From Phyllobates terribilis (lineage: Eukaryota), in assembly GCF_046119375.1 (NCBI RefSeq), contig NW_027362763.1, positions 468,162,001 to 468,226,000 on the forward strand: DNA of 64,000 bases. The letters are read 5' to 3'. A program made the translations under genes and the position numbers. Shown one piece after another: positions 36,763 to 50,490 of this stretch. Every line of letters begins with the position of its first letter. Within the stretch, counting starts at the first letter, position 1. The notes under the pieces are model-generated. The model was given only the letters and a program-made list of their open reading frames with translations. It had not been told where the DNA came from and ran no database searches.

Positions 36763-38679
36763 GGGGGGGATAAAAATTTTCAAAACTACCACTAGATGAC
36801 CCCATAATACCGGGTTTACGCACATTATGCCTATTCTGCAGTCATTTATCTTGTTTTTATCTAAATTGTGAGCAGTTTTATTGCAAATGCACATCAAAAT
36901 AGCAAAAAGATCTTTATAGCCTGATCAATACAAGAAGTGTTGTTTTTATTGGCCTTACTGTACAGACAAGTGTAATACAAAGCCATTTTCGCACTAATTG
37001 AATGATGTAGGTGTGACAATACAATCACTGCACTGTCTTCGATAGAAACCAGTGTTAGCTGTGAATGATATCAATCTGTATACAGGAGAAAATATGAATT
37101 TTCAGTACACAAGGATCACCTAAGAGCCTGTTACCATAGCTATTGTTATGGCCTTGTCTGAACCATTTCCTACAACTTCTGCCGCCAGGCGCTGCTGTGC
37201 TTCAGCTGCCAACAGTGTTGAGGGATGCAGGCATGGTTCTGTTTTACATTAGTCTACATGGGACTTTGTATCTCATCCAGACAGAGTGTCTATATCTTGC
37301 TGCAGGTGTGGGTTATGCCTTGTAATTGGCCCCCTGCTTTGAGCCTTGCACCGGGCGACTCTCCATTTAGAACCCCAGCACCAACCTCTTGCTGCCAGTT
37401 AGAAATTAACATTTCCTTGGACAAAGGAGACGTACTGCTGAAGAATAGTGTCCTGAGTTCTGATGCTGGGCCATAGAGTAAAGGCCCCGTCACACATAAC
37501 GAGATCGCTAGCGAGATCGCTATTACGTCACGGTTTTGGGATCGCTGGAGAGTCGTTTCGTGATCGCTGGGGAGCTGTCAAACATGCAGAACTTCCCAAC
37601 GATTTCGGCCACCCACCTTCCCCCACCCATTGAGAATAAAGATATAAAAAAAATAACAAAAATTGCCGCGTTCAAAAATATCAGATCAATTAAAATATAA
37701 AAAACAATTAACCCGATCGGTGAACACTGTAAATGGAACAAATTCAAGAGCGCCAAAATTAAGTTTTTTGGTGGCCACAATACCACAAAAAAAGGCTGTA
37801 ACAAGCAATCAAAAAGTTACATCTATCCAAAAATGTTACTAATAAAAACATGGTCTCGCCCTTCAAAAAATAAGCGATCAGCTCCATCTGACAAAAAAAA
37901 TGTTATGGGTCTCTGAAATTGGCGACAAAATCCCCAAAGGATCATATTGCATGTACATTTTGTGGTAAAAATGACCACCCTGAAAACAATTCCCAAAAGA
38001 AAATGTCAGAATTGTGGGATTTTTTTCACAATTTCACCGCACTTGGATTTATTTTCCTGTTTTTGAGTATACTATGTGGTAAGATGAATGGTGTCATTCA
38101 AAAGTAAAACTCATCCCTCAAAAAAACAAGTGTTCATATGTCTATGTGGACAGAAAAATAAATAAGATCTATGGCTCTGGGAAGAAAGGGAGGAAAAAAC
38201 GGAAATTGGGAGAGCTTTAATTATATATAGTGTACAACTTTTTTTCAAGGAAGTAGACTACCAGAGCCTGGCCGAGAATGCACAGTGGTAACATTCCAGA
38301 AGAGGAGTTAACTCCTAGGATCCCAGTCAGTTCTTTACAGTCCATAAATTTCTGTACAGTGCTCAGCTGCTCACCTCCCCTGTCATCTCTTAACTGAGCT
38401 GCTCTTATCAGTCCTTCAAAATCACTATCCTCCACTCCCAGCATTGGCTGTTTCCAGAGCAGTTCTCCAATCACTTTTCTGAGCTGATGTGTACTTGTTC
38501 TAATGTACTGTTACCTCTATATGCATATATAGTGATAACTGTGTAGACTTTAGAACAATGACAATAGCAGAAGGAAACTGACCAGAACTGTCACTCATGG
38601 TCGAGTGCCTAGACCCCAGCAACTAAAAGTAAGGAGACAGTTGAGCTGCTCAAGAGACAACTTGAGAATACGGCTTTAA

Positions 38680-39960
38680 GGATCTTTTTGCTAAGCTAGG
38701 GACAAAATTTATTGGTCCTTATGAAATTAAGTTAATCCAATAGCCTTCCGTTTTAAACTTCCTCCTTCCTTTTGAATACCCAAAGTGTAGTCCAACGTCC
38801 AACCCTGTTAAAAATCCTCCTCTTCGTTCTTTAGGCTATGTGCCCACGATGCAGAAATGCTGCATATTTTTTACGCTTCTCCCTGGCAGGAAAAACGCAT
38901 GCGGTTTTCCCACCAGGTAGAAGTGTTTGTGAAGCGTCTTTGCATGCATTTCTGCATGCGGGTTATCAAGCGCTTTTCCAAGCGATTTTAGCATCACTTG
39001 GAAAAGTGCTTGACAACTTGTTCACACTATATAAATCCATGCAACTGGCATGGATTTATAGTAGTGTGACCAAGTTAGTTAAAAAGAATAAGAATGGTAA
39101 AAAAAAAAATAAAGTTTATACTCACCTTCCGATGTCTTCCCGGTGTTTTGTCTGCTCCGTCCAGTGTCTTGCACTGCTCGCGGTGGTGTGAAGGACCTGC
39201 AGTGACGTCATTGAGCCATGTGATGGGTCACATGACTCAGTGACGTCATGGCAGGTCCTTCACAACGCGAACATTGCAAGACACTGGACGGAGCAGACAA
39301 AACACCGGGAAGACATCGGAAGGTGAGTATAAACTTTATTTTTTATTTAAAATTCTTTTTTTTACAGTTTCTATGGTACCCAGGTCTGGATGGGAGTCTC
39401 CTCTCCTCCAGACTTGGGTACCATCCGCATATTGAAACGCATATAATCCGTGAGTACAAATGTACTGACACGGATTATATGCGTCTCAATGCTCTTTCAA
39501 TGGCGGCGATTAGGCCTTGCTTCCGCAAAATTAATGGACATGCTGCGTATTTTTGAGCACAGCATAAACGCTGCGGAAAAACCGCAGCATGGGCATTGAA
39601 AGTGCGGCTTGTCATTGGAGACCATGGGGGACGGATTACCAAGCGTTTATGCTGCGGAAATTCCGCAGCATAAACGCTTGAAAAACGCATCGTGGGCACA
39701 CAGACTTATTGGTCAGAGGCAGTCTGTAGTAAGAAGTACAAGCAATTCTAGATTCACAAGCAGAGGGTCCATACAGTATCTAGTACAATGGAAAGGTTAT
39801 GAGCCAGAAGAGAGATCTTGGTTTCAGATAATAACATCAGTGTCGAGAACCTAATCAGGTAATTTCATTAATCTTTTCCTGTTAAATCTAATACTAGGGG
39901 TCGGCTGCTCTCTTTAAAGGGAGGTGGGATACTGTTATGGCTGTGTTTAACAATTTCTGC
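38680..39960 (+). mobile_element. Third chromovirus-type Gypsy remnant (integrase GPY motif, chromodomain, PPT, LTR start), split by a MITE
   Basis: KLGTKFIGPYEI at 38690-38730; QYLVQWKGYEPEERSW at 39770-39820; AAAGGGAGGTGGGA then TGTTATG at 39933. Confidence 0.75.
38834..39705. mobile_element. PIF/Harbinger-type MITE (copy 2)
   Basis: TTA|GGCTATGTGCCCACG...CGTGGGCACACAGAC|TTA (3-bp TTA TSD). Confidence 0.88.
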
Positions 39961-41023
39961 CTCAGCCACCAGAGGGTGCCACGCTAGCACTGCCAACAGA
40001 ATTGCAGGATGCAAGCGTGAACCTACTAACGGGAGTGGCTTGCGTGAGACCTGTCCGTGTAAGCTTTATTGCTGCCAGCCTTCTTTGGACAGTGCACTGT
40101 TACATCTATGGAATTGTTATAATCCTTTATAGTTCACATGATCTTGATTGCTGGGAAAGACCAGAACAACCACTCATATAAGCAGTTCTTCCTTTAACTA
40201 AAGTGCAATTACACAGTCATACTTGTATTTTGAATAAATAGTGCTGTGGTGTACTGAACTATATGATTCATGGCCTATCTTAAGATCAAGTCATACTACA
40301 AATGTATTATGTATCTCCTGTAGGTGGCCTTGGCCATTTGACAACATGCAGGAGGTAAGTAAAAGGACACATAATAGAGGAAATTAGGCTCATTACCAAT
40401 AATGATCTCCAAGTTCATCAAATGATTGCTTTAATTTTACATGCAATGGCTTGTCACCAATAATGATCATAGGAAAGGGTCACAATTACGTCAACATCGG
40501 CTTCAATACATGCCGCTATAGTCACTATTTATTCTGAGGTATAGTGTTAAGAATGTGAAATGTGATGAATAATTCAATAAAATCACTAGCAAATAGCTCC
40601 TTGACAGTAATTTTCTTCTTTTATTACATTGTTTTCAATAACAATAAATATGATATAGTTGAAACAAAGATTATTTCAAGCAGATACCCTCTCTAGAAAT
40701 CACCAATTGTGGATTAAAGGGGTTTTCCCAAATTGAACATAAATTTCTGCCGTCACTCTGTGACTGCAGGTTGTGGATTATACTCTATTGAGAGAAGCAG
40801 ATGAAAAGCTAGTCGACATGTAACCACAAGTATGTTGCACACTGTCAGGATTCGGCAATATGCAGTGAATGCAGAAATGTATGTTCAGCCGGAAAACCCT
40901 ATTTATAGTGTAGCTATCACTGGTCTTGTGTTGCCCTTTTTATCTAATAAAGTAGTGGTCAACCCCATAATGGTGATTTTTCTAAATGGTAAAAGTTTTT
41001 TTTTTATTGGTAAAAGTGCGCAA

Positions 41024-41432
41024 AACACTCCTTAATGTTCAACAAAAGGGCCAGAAGTCGTATCAAAAGTTGGGCCAAAACTTCTGGACTGTTGTACCCG
41101 GCAAACAGTGGGATCTCGCAACTCTCCACACCCTCGAGAGGGAGCACGAGGTCTCATTCTTTGCAATAACCCAGCTCTACTACATTGTTTACTAAGCAGT
41201 GACTTAATGGTCAGCCATATAAGAATATTACAGTGGTCACCGCTAAGTAAAAGATGCGCAAACACTGGGTTTGTGCAAAGAGGGAGATATGGCAATATCG
41301 TGCTGTCACTGTGAGCGGAGCCAAGGAGGGTTGAAGGTACCCACTCTGTATGCTAAGATTCAACAACATGGAAGGTCAGGCTTTACTTTTACTAGAAAGT
41401 TAAAGTTCTTTAGAAGGACATTAAGGAGTGTT
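41024..41432. mobile_element. Putative MITE bounded by a 15-bp perfect inverted repeat
   Basis: AACACTCCTTAATGT / ACATTAAGGAGTGTT. No clear TSD. Confidence 0.4.
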
Positions 41433-41721
41433 ATACGTAGTTTTGTCAATTACTTTTTTTTTTTTAGAAAATTCATCAGTCTGGAGCTGCCCACTCTTTT
41501 ATTAAATTTATTTATTTTATATTTGACTAAGGAGTACCCTGTTTATTGATTAGCATTATGTACCATGGTGTTCGGTCCATTTTTCTATTATCTTTTATTA
41601 AATAAAGTCTGTCCAAGACTGGTGTTAGGTCACAGCAAATACTTACAAAAAAAAAAAGTAATGGACTGCTGTAGGTATTGTGGTCTTCTTACACTTACCT
41701 TTTAGATATCACAAAATTATG

Positions 41722-43191
41722 CACTGCTCAAAAAAATAAAGGGAACACTTAAACAACAGAATATAACTCCAAGTAAATCAAACTTCTGTGAAATCAAACT
41801 GTCCACTTAGGAAGCAACGCTGATTGACAATCGATTTCACATGCTGTTGTTCAAATGGAATAGACAATAGGTGGAAATTATTGGCAATTATCAAGACACA
41901 CTCAATAAAGGAGTGGTTCTGCAGGTGGGGACCACAGACCACATCTCCGCTTTGGTACTTTCTGGCTGATGTTTTGGTCACTTTTGAATGTTGGTTGTGC
42001 TTTCACACTCGTGGTAGCATGAGATGGACTCTATAACCCACAGAAGTTGCTCAGGTAGTGCAGCTCATCCAGGATGGCACATCAACGCGAGCTGTGGAAA
42101 GAAGGTTTGCTGTGTCTGTCAGCGTAGTGTCCAGAGGCTGGTGGCGCTACCAGGAGACGTAGAGGGGGCCGTAGGAGGGCAACAACCCAGCAGCAGGACT
42201 GCTACATCCGCCTTTGTGCAAGGAGGAGCACTGCTGGAGCCCTGCAAAATGGCCTCCAGCAGGCCACAAATGTGCATGTGTCTGCACAAACGGTTAGAAA
42301 CCGACTCCATGAGGGTGGTATGAGGGCCCGATATCCACAGATGGAAAGCTTGGCATTTGTCATAGAACACCAGGATTGGCAAAGTTGCCACTGGCGCCCT
42401 GTGCTCTTCACAAATGAAGGCAGGTTCACACTGAGCCCATGTCATAGAGTCTGGAGACACCGTGGAGAGCGATCTGCTGCCTGCAACATCATTCAGCATG
42501 ACCGGTTTGGCAGTGGGTCAGTAATGGTGTGGGGTGGCACTTCTTTGGAGGGCCGCACCTCCATGTGCTCGCCAGAGGTAGGCTGACTGCCATTAGGTAC
42601 CAAGATGAGATCCTCAGACCCCTTGTGAGACCATATGCTGGTGCGGTTGGCCCTGGGTTCCTCCTAATGCAGGACAATGCCAGACCTCATGTGGCTGGAG
42701 TGTGTCAGCAGTTCCTGCAAGATGAAGGCATTGAAGCTATGGACTGGCCCGCCCGTTCCCCAGACCTGAATCTGATTGAGCACATCATGTCTCACTCCAT
42801 CCACCAACGTCATATTGCACCACAGACTTCCAGGAGTTGGTGGATGATTTAGTCCAGGTCTGGGAGGAGATCCCACAGGAGACCATCTGCAACCTCATAA
42901 GGAGCATGCCCAGGCGTTGTAGGGAGGTCATACAGGCACGTGGAGGCCACACACAATACTGAGCCTCATTTTGACTTGTTTTAAGGACATTGCATCAAAG
43001 TTGGATCAGCCTGGGGGTGACTCCAAATCCAGGCCTCCATTGGTTAATAAATTTGATTTCCATTGATGATTTGTGTGATTTTGTTGTCAGCACATTCAAC
43101 TTTGTACAGAACAAAGTTTTCAATGAGAATATTTCATTCATTCAGATCTAGGATGTGTTATTTGAGTGTTCCCTTTATTTTTTGAGTAGTG
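41722..43191 (+). mobile_element. Tc1/mariner transposon
   Basis: TIR CACTGCTCAAAAAAATAAAGGGAACACT / AGTGTTCCCTTTATTTTTTGAGTAGTG. TA on the right, TG (mutated TA) on the left. Confidence 0.95.
42019..42962 (+). pseudogene. Tc1 (DD34E) transposase, disrupted
   Basis: [20 protein letters not shown] (D>N), SVMVWGG, MQDNARPH, WPARSPDLNLIEH, RGGHT. Several deletions and frameshifts. Confidence 0.93.
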
Positions 43192-45894
43192 TATTTTCCT
43201 ATAAGCAAAAAAAAGTGAGAATATGGCTGTAAAAATAGCTGAAGTGTAATATTGGTGTGTTTAGCTAACACGTGCCTTGGATGAGTAATAAACACTTAGC
43301 TGGGTACATCCTCTACCGTGGAGTGAATATTTAAGCTAAGATGATTATTTGATAAGAATGCTGCTGTACCAGCATTCCAGAGCTAGAATGTGTTACACCC
43401 TATAATTAGATAAGTAAGGACATCACCAGGATATTACTGAGGATGGGAAACAACTATAATGCAACAGGTGGAAGTAGTTGTAGTGATGGTGTGCCTGTCT
43501 ACACAGACATCATTGTCATCTTTTAGCTTTTTAAAGTTGTGCTTTCACAGGATATGCCATTAATGTATGATAGATGTGGCTTCCTTGTCTAAGGTGAGAA
43601 TACCCTTTTAAAGGGAACCTATCAGCTGATTCATGCTGCCCAAACCCCAGGCAGCGGAAAGAAGAGCCTGACTGCATGATTGCAGCCAGATATATTTTGA
43701 ACACACAGTTGAAAGATTTGACGCGGGGACTATAGAGATGAGACTAGTTCATTGCCTACCCCAAGCAGGTTTCTCACCTCACTATTCAAGATGATTGACA
43801 AATCTATCCAATAATGAAACACCTGCAATCACCTGCAGCGGTGCTGGAAGATGCTGGCAGTGGACTGACTAGTCTCATCTCTGCCTTTGATTCTTGGCCG
43901 AATCTTTTAACTATATATTCTCTGAAAAGCCAGAACATTTAAGAGAAAAATTTACCTTACGGCAATTGAGCAGCCAAGTTGTGATTCATGCTGCCTATGG
44001 TTTGGGGAGCATGTGTAAAAGTGGTGGCCTAGACTATCACGTGCCTACCCATAAAGACACCAATCGTGTTATGTGCTGTATCGTGTATAAGTAAATTGTA
44101 ACGTAATATGTCCCTCTGTAATGTAAGGTATTATAATGTTTGCATATATCTGTGTAAAATGTTAAGTCTGCCCAGCAACGGATTTCAGGGTCAGAGATCG
44201 TTAATGTTTGGGACTATCCCATAGTGGGAGGGCAAGTGACTGCTTCCTGTTAGGGGAAGTTGGAGTTTGGAGCGACAAGTAAGCAGTGTTGTCAAAGTGA
44301 CAGGAGACTGGAGGCAATTGATAGCGAGATGCTGGAGGAACTGACGAGGCAGGGTGGCCTGCCGGAAGAGGATCCTTGGAAAGGACAAAGACTCACCGTA
44401 AACACTGAAGGTAACAGACCTAAACAGGACTGAGTTTGTGGAACTAGTGTGATTCCGAGCAGTAGATCTAGGGTGCCAGTAATGAAAGAAATTGGATGCT
44501 GAACCGCTGAGTGAGTAGAGAGACTTGCTGATCAAGACTGTGGCATAGAAGCTGGGTTGTGAAAAAGTAGGGCAAAACCGTGTGCTTCACCAGCCCTGGA
44601 GTAGACTACAGAGGAAGAATACTGTGTAAATAAAAATGCTTCTTACTGTAAAGGAAACATCCATAAGACTTTGTACTCGCTATCCCTTGTCCATAACCCT
44701 TATCAAGTTACCGTTCAGTAAAGACTGTGTTTTAGTGTGTTAAAGGAGTCTCCTTTATTGAATTGTGGAACCTACGGTCCTGGCCAGCCAACACCACCGG
44801 CTACAGGCACCCTGCAGGGGCTTAAGGCCCTCAAAGCACGAACACACACCCACCCAGGACCCACTTTTTCATGTAGTGCGCTGGGGCGTAAAAGAAGGAG
44901 AGTGCCTCGCCCGCAGCTACCGCCCCCCGCTACACATAATTTAGACATATTAGACTATGTAGACAGACCTGGTGAACAGAAATATAGAATGATTTAGCAA
45001 CCTTACTAAACCTTAGTAAAATGCAGTACTAAAACTTATGGATGGCTTCCTGGCCTCATTTTTCAGCTTTGAACATTTCAGATGATAACCCATTCAGTAT
45101 AATCATGTCACTTTTCAGCCAGGTCTCCTCTATTTACTGTAGCTGTGTTTCATAGTGTCAAATAAACAGATGGCCTTGGGATGTTTGCATTTATCAGGTC
45201 TACATTAGTAAATATGGCATTATGCATATAATTATTTTATTATAATTATTATGCAACTGCTTCAAAGATTTTCTTAGTGACCCCACTGGATACAACCACA
45301 TGTCCCCAAACCATGCTTGCTCACTATTCCTTTGACCTAATTGATGTGTACTTCTTATCAGTCTTGCCAGTCTAGCTAATGTAGGTACCAATGGGTGCTC
45401 TTAACTAATGTTTGGGAATGGGTGATGTACTAGATTCTTGGGAATCTAGAAGCCTAGCATGTCTCAAGGATGAATGACTGATGTGTAAGTACACACATGC
45501 ACTCCTCTGTTATATGACACACATAATGAACTGCTGTCAGAGGACCTGTCATCACACCTGACGTGTTTTAGTAAATACTGGTAATTCCTATGAAATAACA
45601 ATTCTAGAGCATTTTTTCTAATAACTCTGCATTGCATTATTCCTGTGATTCCACCTTGAAACATATTCAATAATTGACTACTAGAAGCTACAATTTCTAT
45701 TGTCAGACTGGTGAGTCTCTGCACACTGTCCACTCAATGGATACAGGGTCAGACTGTTTAAGGACACAACTCTTTGACTAAAGGAATGACAATACTACAT
45801 TGTCCAATTATTTATAAATACTAGAGCTGAGCAAATAAATTATTTTTATTATTATAGCGCCATAATACCCCCACATAAAATTTTTTTTAAATTT

Positions 45895-46090
45895 CAGCCT
45901 CACAGCATGGGGAACAATACCCCCACTAAAGATTTTAAAAAATTTTAGCCTCGAAACATGTGGAACAATACCCCCACAGAAGATTTAAAAAAAATTCACG
46001 CTCACAGCATGGGGTACAATACCCCCACAGAAGATTTTAACAAATTTCAGCTTCAAAGCATGGGAAACAATACTCTCACAGACGCAGATT
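45895..46090. repeat. 51-bp tandem repeat, 4 copies
   Basis: CATG(G/T)G(G)AACAATACCCCCAC-type units start at ~45906, 45957, 46008 and 46059. Confidence 0.8.
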
Positions 46091-46099
46091 CAAATTTCA

Positions 46100-47870
46100 C
46101 TCCAAGAGATAATGGAGTACTGCTACCAGATTTCTCCCGTTATCGCAAACCACCAGGCCGAGCTTGAGGTTCACCGGCACCAACCACTCATCTGTCTGCT
46201 ACTTGATCCCCGTCCACAGCTCCTGTGTGGTGTGGGATCTGTCCTCCAAACAAATGAGTTTCCTAACTGCCTTCTGGCGTTTCCCCCTGGCTGCTGAAAT
46301 TGTTGGTGCAGAGCTCACTTTGACCGGATGAGGAGGTGGGAGAGGAAGCGGAGGAGGAGGCAACATGTACCGAGAAATGTCCAGCAATCCCCGGTTGTGG
46401 TGGGACATTTGCTGGAACGCCTTCCGCCTCGGTCCCAGTCACCACTACATTGACCCAGTGGACAGTTAGGTAAATGTAATGTCCCTGCCCGTGCTTACTG
46501 GTCCACGTATCTGTTGTAACATGGACCTTGCCAGCAATGCGGAGTGCACATCTTATGTGCTCAAAAACGTGTGTGCAGGGCAGGGATGGCCCGCCTGGCA
46601 AAGTAGTGGTGGCTGGGAACAAAGTACTGTGGGACAGCCACCAACATCAGTTTTTTTTAAACTGGCGGTCTCCACCAGCTGGAATGGCAGAATTTCAAAC
46701 ACAAGTAATTTAGAAATCCTGGCATATGGCTCGTGGGTGGTTAGGGTGGAATTTCCTCTTTCTCTCAAGGGTTTGGGGGATGGAGAGCTGAAAACTTCCT
46801 TGGGACGGTGTAGACAAGGTCAGTGACAGTCTGATGGTGGTGGTGGTATTGCTGTCACATCCTCTCTTTGCGGGGAGGCAGGTGGCTTTGTTGAACATGA
46901 CCGAGAGGAAGAGGCTCTGATTTTTCATGCTTTTTAAGATGTATACTCCACTGCACCTCGTGCTTGCATTTGAGATGCCTAATCATGCAGGTGCTGCTCA
47001 GTTTTAGAATATTTATGCCTCACTTGAGGCTCTGATAGCACAGCGTGCAAACGACCTATCACTACATTGGGTGAAGAAGTCCCATGCCAGGGAGCTCATT
47101 TGAGCTGGCTTTTGGGGGCTCATTCCCTTGGCGCCGGAGGCAGCAGCAAATGATGTACTGGCTATGGGCCGGCCACTGTGCTTTTCCACCCTGCTCCCTC
47201 TTTTGCTGTGCTCATCGAGAAACTCGACCACCTCCTCTTCCTCCGAACTGCACATGTCACTATGAAGCCCTTTGATCCATGTGAGGTCGAGGACCTCATT
47301 ATGTGTTTGCTCATCCTCAGAGATGTGCTGCGGTGATACGCTGACCCTCCCATGTACTCATCCTCCAACAGAACAAGTGGTTGGGCATCAGTGCACTCAG
47401 TCTCTTCCATTTCTGGGGCAGGGCCAGATGGATGGGCCATGGAACCCCAGCCAGCAGACTCATCAAACAGCAGAAGAGACTGTTGCACGACTTGGGGCTC
47501 AGACTGCTTGAATGATTTGTAAGGGGGTGAGGTGGAAGAACGATGACTAAGATATGCAGGTGCCAACTGAACGCATTCTGCAGGGGAATGGGTGGAAGAA
47601 AATGTAAAGAAACTAGAGGCACTCTTAGCCATCCAATCTAACATGGCCTCCACATGTTCTGGCCTCACCATTCGTTCTGCAGTACTGGGGCCTACTAAAT
47701 AATGCCGAACGTCTTGTTGCCTTTGTGCACCCAAGGAAGGTGTTGCAGTTGGACACGTAACAGACGCAGATGGACCGCACTCTCACCCTGCAGCAGCCAC
47801 ATCATTACCACCAGCAGTACCACATCCACGTCCCCTATTTGCTGCTCTCGTGTTTTTCCCCCTTAAAAAA
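46100..47870 (-). pseudogene. hAT transposase paralogue, N-terminus through the second catalytic Asp
   Basis: RG-rich start; SSLAWDFF (BED); QLSIPQTLERKRK; KVHVTTDTWTSKHGQGHYIYLTVHWVN; VCDNGRNLVA. Frameshifted and 3'-truncated. Confidence 0.9.
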
Positions 47871-47929
47871 TACCTCATAGGCAAGAGCCTGGAATCGGGC
47901 ACTGTACTCAAGGTTATTATACAACAACA

Positions 47930-48280
47930 GGTTTTTATGGCACAGAGGGCAAGTTTTTTTCCAAGAGTACAAGCTTTTTATGCAATACAGCAGTAGGATT
48001 TTTTGCCACAGAGAATAAGGTTTTTATGCAACAGAGCACTAGGATTTTTTGCCTCAGAGTACAAGGTTTATATGGCACAAAGCAATAGGACTTTTTTTGC
48101 ATTAGATAACATGGTTCATACGGCATAGAGCAATAGAATTTTTTGCCACAAAGAACAAGATTTATATGGCACAGAGCAGCAGGATTTTTTCCCTTAAAGT
48201 AAAAGGTTTATATGGCACAGAGTAATAGGATTTTTTTTGCCACAGAGCAACAGGCTTTTATGGCACAGAGCAACAAGCTA
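47930..48280. repeat. ~46-bp tandem repeat (two ~23-bp subunits), about 8 copies
   Basis: ATGGCACAGAG-type cores recur about every 46 nt. Confidence 0.75.
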
Positions 48281-48308
48281 TTAGGGCAGTTTACACAACA
48301 CTGCTATG

Positions 48309-50134
48309 CAGGGCTACCACTAGGAATTTCAGGGCCCCGCACTGTCAAAACTTCCGGGCCCAGTTGAGACTCCACCCAGACCTCCACCCCTTGAAACTTC
48401 CACAGTCCCATCGCCCACTCTTGGAAAAACTCCATTCTGCACCACGTCCCCACCAATCATACACTAACAGTTCCCATCGAACACCAGATCACACACATAG
48501 CCAGCAGCTTTTGTTTTGGCCAAAAGATTCCTTAAGCCACCTCCACAGGGTAGACTCTTTTGGCCGAGTCCTACTCTATTCTCACCTATTAAACATTTCT
48601 TATAATATTCAATACTCTTTTTAGGTATCTTTTATTTATTTTTCTTTAAGGGAATGTGTCACATACATTTTTTTAACTAATTGTAACCAGATTGTGACAA
48701 TTTTTTTATAACCTGTATTTCTGATTGCAGATTCCATCAATCATTCCCTCCCCAACCAAAATGTATAAGCTCCTGGAGAATCCTGAACGCTGCTGCCTGA
48801 TGTTGTAATTCGGCATTTGGTTTTGCAGCATCGCTCAGGGTCATCCAGTAGCTTATAAATTTTGGTTGTGGGTTGGAAGGTGGGAGGGAATGATTGCATC
48901 ATACAATCACATACTGAAATGGTGGACAAATAAATACATGGACTTAAGTTAGCTAATCACACAGCCAGTGGCACCACTGCGCCCGCAGCCCAGTCAAGAA
49001 TCTAATGGTCGCCTCAGCTTGACCACCACCGCCGCAGCCTGTGATCACCAAATTAATAAATGTAAACAGGGTATATTATTGCATATACATTCACCGATTA
49101 TACACTACTAAAATATCTATTGGTATTCATTAAAAACCTATAAATTCTAGAATACAAATACACCTCAAAACATGATAACTTAAAGTGATAATATACAAAA
49201 ATTATCAAGTAGTCAAAAGTAAAGGGGGAAGGGGGCCACCCCATTTAGCAACTACTCATCCTGTCTAGAGAGGTTGGCACTTCTTGAAACAAAATTGGCG
49301 CCCCCGCTCCGCAGCCATTCAACAGCCTCCCGTCAGCAGCCTCCCGTCCCTCACCAGCCTCCCTTTCATCAGCCTCCCCTCAGTATCCTCCCCGTCACCA
49401 GCATCCCCTCAGGTGCCTCTCTTTCATCAGCCTCCCTCTCAGCAGCATCCCATCAGTAGCCTCCCTCTCACCAGCCTCCCCCTCAGTAGCCTCCTTCTCA
49501 TCAGCCTCCCCCTCAGCAGCCTCCTCTCAGCAATATCCCCTCACTAGCCTCCCTCTCATCAGCCTCCTCTCAGTAGCCTCCCTCTCATCAACCTCCCCTC
49601 AGCAGCATCCCATAAGTATCCTCCCTCTTATCAATCTCCCCTCAGCAGCCTCCCTTTCATCAGCCTCCCCTCAGTAGCCTCCCTCTCAGCAGCATCCCCC
49701 GCACTATCACACACAGACACACTGCCCACCACCTCCTCACTAACAAACACACACACACAATGCCTTGCCTAACACACACACACACACACAGACAGACACA
49801 CACAATGCCTTGCCTGAGACACACATACACACACACACAATGCATTGCCTGAGACACACACACACACACGCTTGCCTGACCGGCTGCCGCCGTCCCCGCA
49901 ACAGATTGAAGATGAGCGTGCACAGCCCCGCAGCCTGTCACAGGACCCGAGGGCCATGATGCACCCGGCCGGGTACAGCACTCATTTCCGTCCGCCGGGT
50001 GCATCACGCGCCATACTGTTGTCCCTAAGAGGCCCGTTAAACAAAAGCAAAGAGAGGGGGGCCGTGGGCTTTTTGCTTCTGGTCACCGGGCCTCATACAG
50101 TAGTAAGGGCAGTAATGCCCTGATGGCGGCCCTG
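48309..50134. mobile_element. Non-autonomous hAT element containing a minisatellite (49320-49700) and CA tracts
   Basis: Imperfect TIR CAGGGCTACCACTAGG / CCTGATGGCGGCCCTG and perfect 8-bp TSD CTGCTATG (48301-48308 / 50135-50142). Confidence 0.85.
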
Positions 50135-50142
50135 CTGCTATG

Positions 50143-50490
50143 GCAAACGGGAACAGGCTGTTAGGGCAGTCTACACAATGCTGATATGGCACACAGGACC
50201 AGGCTGTTAGGGAAGTCTATAGAACTCTGGTATGGCACACAGGGACAGGCTGTTAGGGCAGTCTACACAATGCTCATATGGCACACAGGCACAGGCTGTT
50301 AGGGCAGTCTACACAAAGCTGGTATGGCACACAGGGACAGGCTTTTAGCCAGTCTACACAACGCTGCTATGGCACACAGGAACAGGCTTTTAGGACAGTC
50401 TACACAACGCTAGTATGGCACACAGGAACAGGTTGTTAGGGCAGTCTACACAACGCTGGTATGGCACACAGGAACAGGCTTTGTGGGCAC
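50143..50490. repeat. 46-bp tandem repeat, about 8 copies
   Basis: TTAGGGCAGTCTACACAA..TATGGCACACAGG..CAGGCTG at 50161, 50207, 50253 and onward. Confidence 0.9.

Noticed and set aside
43551-43593. AG/GT-bounded 43-nt pseudo-exon
   Set aside because: No LGI2 similarity and an immediate stop when joined in the LGI2 phase. Such signals occur by chance.
44070-44933. LTR-like segment ending CGCTACA
   Set aside because: I could not define a 5' TG end or a TSD.
45822-45836. TAGAGCTGAGCAAA as a definite left hAT TIR
   Set aside because: It is degenerate and the flanking 8-mers do not match those after 63773 or 63783. It is kept only as weak support in a finding.
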